The notes under the pieces were generated by a model, which was given only the letters and a program-made list of their open reading frames with translations, did no database searches and was not told the origin of the DNA. Below, in pieces: positions 16,584-22,967 of a stretch of 22,967 bases of DNA (positions are counted from its first letter, which is position 1; the number at the start of each line of letters is the position of its first letter). Location: IMG/VR virus record IMGVR_UViG_3300042970_000016; one strand, written 5' to 3'. This DNA is from a virus. The translations under genes and the position numbers were made by a program.

Positions 16584-16760
16584 TTGAGGGTAGTAGAGAT
16601 GAAAATGAATATCACGGTTGCAGTCGAAGTGATTGAAGGAGATGGATCGACTGGCAGGATCAAGTTAGGATGCGATAAATCAGGAATTGGAGATAAAGGA
16701 TACAATGCGTATATAAAAAAACAGCCAGCAGGCCGCTCACAAGAGCTTCCAACTGGCTGA
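16584..16760 (+). CDS. Possible small ORF (58 aa) absent from the ORF track
   Basis: AAGGAGG at 16571-16577, TTG at 16584, in-frame ATG at 16599, TGA at 16758-16760; its end overlaps the lysin terminator. Confidence 0.3.
   Translation: MRVVEMKMNITVAVEVIEGDGSTGRIKLGCDKSGIGDKGYNAYIKKQPAGRSQELPTG
16715..16759 (-). terminator. Intrinsic terminator after the endolysin
   Basis: CAGCCAG..GCTC-ttgt-GAGC..CTGGCTG-TTTTTTT on the minus strand. Confidence 0.7.
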
Positions 16761-16765
16761 GTTTC

Positions 16766-17728
16766 TTACTTGACTCTGATTTTCCATCCCGCTTGGATTT
16801 GATTCACATTCCGGATCAGAGCAGGGTTAAGCTTCTGGATCGCGAATATTGTTGTGCCGTACTTCCGGGCAATTGCGGAAAGTGTATCGCCAGACCGGAC
16901 GGTGTAATAGACAGGGGACGGCTTACTCTGAGCGTGGAGCAGCTCATTCACCTTGGCCTGCACAGAGTCGTAGCTGTATCCGGCAGCAGAAAGACGGTTT
17001 TTCCTGTCGTCACCGTTTCCCCAGGAACCACTCAACACTTCGTGAGCGATTTCATCTACGCTCTTTCTTATCGGCGCTGATACCGGAGCAGGAGTCTGCT
17101 GCTTTGCGTATCCGTTGAAGCCGCCTGTTTTAATGGTGGAAGGGTAGTCGATATAGGAAATATCCATATCGACGTTTCCGCTGATTCCGTTTACGGATCC
17201 GGTGGAAGAGTACTGCCAGATTCCGTACGCCCCTCCATAGGTACATTTCGAAGCATACTGTGCTACCCAATGGGTGAATGGCGTAAGCTTCGAATCGTCC
17301 AGCCGGTCACGGAATCCGGAATAGGTGGAGCTGTAGATGCCCGCAAAGTATCCGGCAGCTTCCAACGCTCTGCAGAATGCAATCGCCGCTGCTGTCGCAC
17401 CAGCCTTTGCTACCGGAGCTGTTGCCTCGACATCGATATATACCGGATACTCGAGCTGTTTTCCCGCAAGCTGGCTGAGGAAGCGCTGAGCGTCTGCCTT
17501 ACCCGCGTCTGCAGAAGTGCATGCCGGACCGACAAAATAATACGCGCCGATTGCAATACCGTTTGCTTTGGCACCCCGATAGTTTTCTTCCCATCTGGGA
17601 TCTGTGTAGAAGCCAGCATCCGACCCACCGGCCTTGATAATGGCAAACTGAATACCTGCCGCCTTCACTTTCGCCCAATCGATATGCCCCTGCCAGCGGC
17701 TGACATCAATACCTTTGAATTCACTCAT
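16766..17728 (-). CDS. Endolysin: GH25 muramidase + CW_7 (Cpl-7) repeat + LysM
   Basis: GIDVSRWQG, YIDVE, WQYSSTG, VDMD; KSVDEIAHEVLSGSWGNGDDRKNRL; YTVRSGDTLSAIARKYG; GGAGGA RBS before ATG 17728. Confidence 0.95.
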   Translation of the reverse strand: MSEFKGIDVSRWQGHIDWAKVKAAGIQFAIIKAGGSDAGFYTDPRWEENYRGAKANGIAIGAYYFVGPACTSADAGKADAQRFLSQLAGKQLEYPVYIDVEATAPVAKAGATAAAIAFCRALEAAGYFAGIYSSTYSGFRDRLDDSKLTPFTHWVAQYASKCTYGGAYGIWQYSSTGSVNGISGNVDMDISYIDYPSTIKTGGFNGYAKQQTPAPVSAPIRKSVDEIAHEVLSGSWGNGDDRKNRLSAAGYSYDSVQAKVNELLHAQSKPSPVYYTVRSGDTLSAIARKYGTTIFAIQKLNPALIRNVNQIQAGWKIRVK

Positions 17729-17744
17729 GATCTTCTCCTCCTTC

Positions 17745-17785
17745 AAAATAAGAAAGGCCCTCCGAGCAGTAACGCCCGGAGAGCC
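17745..17785 (-). terminator. Intrinsic terminator between holin and endolysin
   Basis: GGCTCTCCGGGC-gttact-GCTCGGAGGGCC-TTTCTTATTTT: 12-bp stem, fully paired only on the minus strand (two G-U). Confidence 0.7.
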
Positions 17786-17790
17786 AGTAA

Positions 17791-17837
17791 CGTCCCATTC
17801 ACGGAAGGGACTGCCGAGATACGAGGATCACCTCCTC
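17791..17837 (-). ncRNA. Structured RNA element resembling the skipping-rope motif
   Basis: GGAGGTGATcctcgtATCTC followed by GTCCC-ttccgtgaat-GGGAC and a terminator; the family name is from memory of the motif, not a covariance search. Confidence 0.45.
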
Positions 17838-18107
17838 TCACGGATTGGTCTTTGTGAGCTGCTTGTAGATCTGGTTGACACCAGTCGCTGCAAGGCCGGA
17901 CACGATGCCAACGGCAAGGGCATTGATCACGTCCTTTGCCGGGAAATCCGGCATCAGATACAGTCCCGCGACACCGAGCACCGCGCCCACGCATCCGCAG
18001 ATCACCGGGATGAGTTCATCCTTCACGGAGCCAGCCGCCTTGCAGGCAATACCGATGAGATACGCGATCACCGTGATTGCCGCCACACTTGCGATTCCAA
18101 AGTCCAT
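17838..18107 (-). CDS. Phage holin (89 aa, A118-like)
   Basis: Three hydrophobic segments, IPVICGCVGAVLG and GIVSGLAATGVNQIYKQ motifs; GGAGGTG RBS; upstream of the endolysin. Confidence 0.88.
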   Translation of the reverse strand: MDFGIASVAAITVIAYLIGIACKAAGSVKDELIPVICGCVGAVLGVAGLYLMPDFPAKDVINALAVGIVSGLAATGVNQIYKQLTKTNP

Positions 18108-18109
18108 AG

Positions 18110-18436
18110 CTACTTCACCTCCTTCTTCTTGTCTGCCGTAAGCGGCAGTTCCAGACACTTTTTGTACAGGGACTCCCCGGTGCCGTTTCCACCGAGCGCC
18201 TTGTACGGCTTGTACAGGTACTCGAGGTTGCTCCGGTCTTCCGGAGAGCACCATCCCCGGGCAATAAAAAAGCTGCAGGCCTGATAGATCCGGTCGTGCA
18301 GCAGTGCCATCATTCCTTCTTTGATTTCGTCGTTCTCCTGTTTTCGCCGGAGCAGCGTCCGCCAGAGCCATGTGATGATGGCTATGATCAGGGCAAAGAG
18401 CTCCTGAATCCAGTAGCGCAAGATAAAGTCTATCAA
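18110..18436 (-). CDS. Lysis-cassette membrane protein (holin-associated, YKALGGNG family)
   Basis: One N-terminal TM helix, ALLHDRIYQ and LYKPYKALGGNGTG motifs; GGAGGTG RBS favours TTG at 18436. Confidence 0.8.
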   Translation of the reverse strand: MIDFILRYWIQELFALIIAIITWLWRTLLRRKQENDEIKEGMMALLHDRIYQACSFFIARGWCSPEDRSNLEYLYKPYKALGGNGTGESLYKKCLELPLTADKKKEVK

Positions 18437-18450
18437 TGGAATCACCTCCC

Positions 18451-19290
18451 TTAATCTTCTACATACACCATGAGATACTTGTACTTGAGCGTTGCCTGAT
18501 TGTATGCCATCAGGGTCGTCTCATCATTGGCCACCCCGGAAGCAAACTTGAAATGTCCGATCTGGTCTGCATCCGGATAGCTTGTCGTACCATTGTCTCC
18601 GTTATCCACGATGCATTTACCAGTCGTTGCGTAGAACCGGAACCCATTGTAGGTATCCATATCGGTCGACAGGGTTCCATCGGACAGCTGCACCTCGACA
18701 ACCTTCAGACGGATATCCGGATCGCTCTTGCCGATGGAAGCCTTGCTGAGATGCACGGCACTGTTTGCCTTGTAGGTAACGAATCCATTTCCATCATCCA
18801 CATCAAGGGCAAGTTTGGTTACCGCAGCGACATCTTTGATGTGATCGAAGGAAGGTTTGGTTACCTCGGTGACATCTCCGCTGGATCCTCCTGAGCCAGA
18901 GGTCGGCAGAGTCAGAACCTGCTTGGTACCCGCTGAGGAACGGATCGTAAGCTTTCCATCGCTCAGTTCAAATGTGTAGGTGGTATCCGTAAAGACTGCT
19001 CCTTCCGGTACATCCGTTTTCACGGTATGTCCTCCCAGAGCATCTGTGTTTGCCTTCACCGCAGTTTTCAACTCGGAGTCATCGTAGGCAGTATCCGTAA
19101 AGACCGCATCTGCGGGAACATCGCAGGCCACGGTATGGCCGTTCACCTTGGCGGCATTGTCCACGACTCCATCACCGTCGGCATCAAACTGGGAGAACTC
19201 TTTTGTATTGTCGATCAGCTGATTTACCGCTTCGCAGAGCCGCTGGATCACCTTATGCACTCCACCGTACTGGATCTTCTTAATCGACAT
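18451..19290 (-). CDS. Phage tail-fibre/accessory structural protein (279 aa) with an internal repeat
   Basis: GGAGG RBS before ATG 19290; repeated GHTVxxDVPxxAVFTDT; Gly/Ser linker; last gene before the lysis cassette. Confidence 0.65.
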   Translation of the reverse strand: MSIKKIQYGGVHKVIQRLCEAVNQLIDNTKEFSQFDADGDGVVDNAAKVNGHTVACDVPADAVFTDTAYDDSELKTAVKANTDALGGHTVKTDVPEGAVFTDTTYTFELSDGKLTIRSSAGTKQVLTLPTSGSGGSSGDVTEVTKPSFDHIKDVAAVTKLALDVDDGNGFVTYKANSAVHLSKASIGKSDPDIRLKVVEVQLSDGTLSTDMDTYNGFRFYATTGKCIVDNGDNGTTSYPDADQIGHFKFASGVANDETTLMAYNQATLKYKYLMVYVED

Positions 19291-20071
19291 TGAAGTACGC
19301 CTCCTCCCGCTTCTGTGCACCGGCATTTCGGGAGGCATACCTTTCGAGATCGGTGAGGATCTGATCGGTTGTATTGAGGCGGTCCACCAGTTTGTAACTG
19401 TCGATGTACGGATCAAAGTACGAAAGATTCTCCGGTTCGATATACGAGGTGTCCCTCATGTCGTGAATGCATTTCCTGCACTGGCTTGTGGCTGCCATTT
19501 CTGCTTCCCGGTTTGTGGCAAACCAGTGTGCATCGTGCCACTTGCAGTTCCAGTAGCAGTCCGTATTCGGGATCAGGATGTAGCGGTACTTGTTTGGCAG
19601 AGTCTTCACCGCATCAAGATGACGGGAGAACCAGTAAAACAGCACGATATGGTCGTACATGGAGAGATCCCGGCTTTTTAAGTCTGATTCCGTCAAAGCA
19701 CTGGTAATAGAGAGCGTGACCGAGAGATCCGGATGTCTGCTCTTTGCTGCTATCGCAAGTGCATCGTTACTGATCGTGAAGATCCGGATGCCAAGGCCGT
19801 AATACTTCTCCAGCACATCCAGTGTGGCATTCCTCTGCATCAGAACACAGAGCGGAAGCCCGAGCTGCTGCAGACATTTCAGGCGCAGGACGTATTCGTC
19901 ATAGGATTTCGGGTATTCCTCCCTTGTCTCGATGTCCTGCCTTGTGCTCATTGCATCCTCCTTCCATGCCGGGAGATAGATGCAGCGGATGTACGAAAAA
20001 AGCTCTCGTCTGCGGGAGAGCTTTGGAATAAAGTCATAGGAAAAGTTGTATGGTACTTCGTACTGCTTCAT
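19280..20071 (-). CDS. Peptidase U32-family-like (Fe-S, TIM-barrel) protein
   Basis: GIRIFTISNDALAIAAKSRHPDLSVTLSIT, LIPNTDCYWNCKWHDAH, C198/C201, YIEPENL and IDSYKLVDR match, in order, the U32 patterns GVDAxxVxD..YPxLxxxxS, NxxCxxxC..H, IRPEDL and KxxGR. Confidence 0.7.
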   Translation of the reverse strand: MKQYEVPYNFSYDFIPKLSRRRELFSYIRCIYLPAWKEDAMSTRQDIETREEYPKSYDEYVLRLKCLQQLGLPLCVLMQRNATLDVLEKYYGLGIRIFTISNDALAIAAKSRHPDLSVTLSITSALTESDLKSRDLSMYDHIVLFYWFSRHLDAVKTLPNKYRYILIPNTDCYWNCKWHDAHWFATNREAEMAATSQCRKCIHDMRDTSYIEPENLSYFDPYIDSYKLVDRLNTTDQILTDLERYASRNAGAQKREEAYFNVD

Positions 20072-21459
20072 CAGGCATCCTCCTTATCCGTCAGTGTGTA
20101 GGTGATCTTCATGGTCTGTGAGGCATTCTTCGTGACCGGAGAGGACAGGTTGTTAATCGTGCCAAGGTAGGCACATCGGAGCGCCGTCCGGATCCGGTCA
20201 TTGTCGTAATAGCCGTCGTAATGATAGGTTGCGAGGATCTTCCCATCGGAATACAGGATCGGCGAAATCTCAATTGCAGCTCCGTCAACCGCCTCCTCAG
20301 AATGAGAAGCATCCGGATAGAGGAATCCGGTCCTGTAATAGGTGTTTCCGTCTTTCTGGTACTTATACTGGTACTGAACGCCACCGTTGTAGAGTATCGG
20401 CGTCATTCCGTCGAAAATTCCGCTGTTGTCGAAGGTAAAGATCTTGATATCAACTGTGTTGGACAGGTTCACGATGTAGATACTATGTGCATCATAAGCT
20501 TTGGCGTAGAGGTAACCTTTGTTAAGCACAATGGAGTAATCAGTCCGCGAAGCCATATGTACCCCGGCCAGCGTAATCACTTCCTCCGGTTGCCTCTCGA
20601 AAGACAGATCAGAAAGCTTATACTTCGTGATGTAGAGCTTTGCGTCATCCTTTTCATTCCCCTCATCGTAATAATAGTTGTAGTAGGTATTGCCGTAAGA
20701 GGTATAACTGCTGACCCGGTTGTTTTGCGTGATGAGATAGAGGTAGCCATCAGTACCGGGCATCCAGTATTTTGCAGGTCCGATGTTGCTGAAATTCTTA
20801 TAGTCGGGAAGCTCCAGCGTCGCGACGGTCTCATACGGAAGAGTAAACGAGCCATAAGTCTGGTCTGCCACCTTCACGGCATACGGGTCAAATCGACCAC
20901 GCTGGACGGTGACACCATCCGAGTTCAGCCAGTACACAAACTCATCCTTTACGAGAAATGGTCTCCCGTTATGTTCTTTGTTTTCGATGGTATCCATGTC
21001 ACAATAAAAGTCACCGCAGAGCTGTCTCTGGAAGGGATTCACCCCGGCATAGGCACTCGTCAGGGCCACTGACTGGATGGTGCCGTTTGCCTGCGCGGTA
21101 CCGAAGTCCCAGACGGAAACATAGCCTTTATCGGTCTTATGCGTCTCAATGGCATTTAGGGAACCGCGCATCGAATCATCGGTATTGGTATCCCGGGAAG
21201 CATAGCCGACCAGCTTCGCCTCCGTCGGGAAGTTCGTATTGTTCACATCTTCGGTAAGCTTTCCATCAAAAAGCAGGATGCCGCCGAGGGCATTCTTCGC
21301 GATAGGGAAGACATTGCCGTTCATCGATCTTCCGATCATGGTCTGGAAAGCAATCAGCTCCTGTACCGCATTGGTGACAAGATTGTCTTTCTCATATTTG
21401 AGTTCGCGCTCGCCGGTCTTCGCATTGAAAAGCTCGATTTTGGTATGTCCTTTGATCAT
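20071..21459 (-). CDS. Phage tail/baseplate or receptor-binding protein (462 aa)
   Basis: Termini KGHTKIELFNAKTG..NLVTNA, VWDFGTAQANGTI and LGTINNLSSPVTKNASQTMKITYTL recalled from tail-module proteins, flanking a Tyr-rich beta-strand region. Confidence 0.7.
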   Translation of the reverse strand: MIKGHTKIELFNAKTGERELKYEKDNLVTNAVQELIAFQTMIGRSMNGNVFPIAKNALGGILLFDGKLTEDVNNTNFPTEAKLVGYASRDTNTDDSMRGSLNAIETHKTDKGYVSVWDFGTAQANGTIQSVALTSAYAGVNPFQRQLCGDFYCDMDTIENKEHNGRPFLVKDEFVYWLNSDGVTVQRGRFDPYAVKVADQTYGSFTLPYETVATLELPDYKNFSNIGPAKYWMPGTDGYLYLITQNNRVSSYTSYGNTYYNYYYDEGNEKDDAKLYITKYKLSDLSFERQPEEVITLAGVHMASRTDYSIVLNKGYLYAKAYDAHSIYIVNLSNTVDIKIFTFDNSGIFDGMTPILYNGGVQYQYKYQKDGNTYYRTGFLYPDASHSEEAVDGAAIEISPILYSDGKILATYHYDGYYDNDRIRTALRCAYLGTINNLSSPVTKNASQTMKITYTLTDKEDA

Positions 21460-22967
21460 TCTTCCACCTCTTTCGTATAGATCTGAAGGTCCGTGATGTG
21501 TCCTTTCTCGTGGATGATGACCTTCATCTGTATGGTTCCTTTGAGCATCTCATTCCATTTGTCTGAATCGATGACTGCCATTGCCGGGCCAAACATTCCG
21601 TAGGACGCCTTCGAGGTATCCGGCGTGATCCAGCCATTGGCATATTCCAGCCAGTTTACTCCATGATCAAAGGAGACGAGGAAGTTTACATTGTTACTGT
21701 CACAGACGGAAGTTACCTGTAAGATAGATTCCACTGTAAGGTCTTTCGTTGTCATCTCGGCGATTGTTACTCCGTCTTTCAATCTCCACTCACCATCTTT
21801 GATCTCGATCTTCTCACTGTCATAGGACAGATCGGAAGGACGGAGAGTGTTAAATCGGTGCAGGAACTTCACCGCGCCAATGGTGCCAGCGATTGGCTGC
21901 AGTACATTCGTAAGAGACATCGATGGAACGATGTCGGAAATGCCTGCTGTCTCTGGCGAAAGCAGATCAAAAATCACCGAAGCATCAAAACTACGGTATA
22001 CCGGAAACAGGTTCATCTCCGGAACCGTATCGTAAACCGTGATTGTGCCATCCCATGCGCCGCTTCCTGCAAGACCCTGTCCTGCCATGTATGCCCTTGC
22101 GTCTCCCCGGGCGATATGACAGCTGCCACCGACCATCGAGAGCCAGACCTCAAAGTTCCCGGTGAGGTTTGCCGTACTGTTCCAGGTGAAAAGAAGGTGC
22201 AGAAGATGTGTCCCATCCGGCATTGTTTCCACCGGGACGTAGTCCTTGACCTCCTCCCCGTTCAGGTAGTAGGTGACAGTCATCACCACATCGGTATCAG
22301 AGAGAAGTTCGTCGGTTTCCGTCTCGGTCGTGTCGAGTGTCAGCTTGATCTCCGCGTGGAAGTCGATGTGGGTGTTCTTTACGGTGATATAGCGGACATC
22401 GATGATCTTTGCCTTTGCCGCATCCGCGATGTCATAATCCGCAGCATTCTGGTAATCGTAATAGCGGATGTAGTCCTGATTTTCATTTGAGGAGAGGATG
22501 CCTTGCAGGTTTTTGTCCGTCTTGGATTTCGCCGATGCCAGAGCCGGGTCCTGTCCTACCCCCTGCATCGTAAAGGACTGGTTGTAGTTGAATGTGAACT
22601 TCGTCATGCAGAAGAGCTTGTCTTTATCGGCAAGCCCATCGGTAAAGCGGAATACATCCATGAGGTCGTAGGCAGGGTTTCCGATCAATTCTGCCTTGAA
22701 CGGCACATAATCAACTTGCGAAAGTGCCGTAAGAATTGCCTTCCGCTGTGCATCCTTCTTCTCATCCACGCCATACTGGAGGAAGGGATCCGAGCCGATG
22801 TTGTAGGTAAGGCCATCGTCCACATCAAGGGCATAGTAAGATGTGGTTTTTGCGTCGATATTCACGACGGAGAGGCCGGTGTATCTGGTAGAGAAATCGG
22901 AGAACTCACACCCGGTAAACCGGTGCTCTGTATCAATCTCGTCAACCACCGTCTGATCGTAGGCACG
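21456..22967 (-). CDS. Phage minor tail protein, 5'-partial
   Basis: Frame is open to the window edge (RAYDQTVVDE...); YVPFKAELIGNPAYDLMD tail-spike-type motif; ATGA overlap with the next gene. Confidence 0.7.
   Translation of the reverse strand, partial: RAYDQTVVDEIDTEHRFTGCEFSDFSTRYTGLSVVNIDAKTTSYYALDVDDGLTYNIGSDPFLQYGVDEKKDAQRKAILTALSQVDYVPFKAELIGNPAYDLMDVFRFTDGLADKDKLFCMTKFTFNYNQSFTMQGVGQDPALASAKSKTDKNLQGILSSNENQDYIRYYDYQNAADYDIADAAKAKIIDVRYITVKNTHIDFHAEIKLTLDTTETETDELLSDTDVVMTVTYYLNGEEVKDYVPVETMPDGTHLLHLLFTWNSTANLTGNFEVWLSMVGGSCHIARGDARAYMAGQGLAGSGAWDGTITVYDTVPEMNLFPVYRSFDASVIFDLLSPETAGISDIVPSMSLTNVLQPIAGTIGAVKFLHRFNTLRPSDLSYDSEKIEIKDGEWRLKDGVTIAEMTTKDLTVESILQVTSVCDSNNVNFLVSFDHGVNWLEYANGWITPDTSKASYGMFGPAMAVIDSDKWNEMLKGTIQMKVIIHEKGHITDLQIYTKEVEE

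Larger units (their letters stand above)
11342..22967 (-). mobile_element. Prophage (siphovirus-like, serine-recombinase type), one end; continues beyond the window
   Basis: Co-oriented tail - holins - endolysin - HTH/Zn finger - SHOCT - two recombinases; boundary inferred from the hsdM breakpoint (approximate). Confidence 0.85.

Noticed and set aside
17791-17811. HDV-like ribozyme (GTCCC...GAATGGGAC)
   Set aside because: The two strands are only 10 nt apart, leaving no room for the P1/P3/P4 nested pseudoknot.
218-22490. Long antisense or alternate-frame ORFs (e.g. 218-763, 2591-3241, 7245-8048, 13675-14229, 20221-21072, 21858-22490)
   Set aside because: Shadows of well-supported genes, without RBS or recognisable motifs.
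18451-22967. Diversity-generating retroelement or invertible tail-fibre cassette
   Set aside because: No reverse transcriptase, template/variable repeat pair or inverted gene cassettes seen in this window.

Overview
The window is entirely mobile DNA, probably from an anaerobic Bacillota host (inferred from gene families and sigma-A-type promoters). Left part (~1-11340): a regulatory/defence-type cassette with a sigma-70 region-4 protein behind a highly structured leader, and a divergent operon of a 373-aa hypothetical protein, a 922-aa RecD-like SF1 helicase, two paralogous Cro/C1 HTH genes and the 5' third of a type I R-M hsdM gene. A Cys-rich IS30-family element (~5329-10518, 14-15-bp target duplication) inserted into the end of the first HTH gene. 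It was in turn hit by an IS1634-family element (6065-8180, ATCAG duplication) and an IS630-family element (8991-10262, TA in CTAG). Right part (~11342-end): one end of a siphovirus-like prophage on the minus strand with tail genes, two holin-type genes, a GH25/CW_7/LysM endolysin, HTH-Zn-finger and SHOCT genes and two large serine recombinases, plus a plus-strand three-gene moron. The prophage appears to have integrated into hsdM. Most unusual observations: a peptidase-U32-like (Fe-S hydroxylase family) gene translationally coupled inside the tail operon; hsdM interruption by the prophage; a moron led by a possibly catalytically dead IS200 TnpA-like protein; a structured RNA plus terminator between holin and endolysin. 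All family calls come from motif recognition by eye, not database searches.
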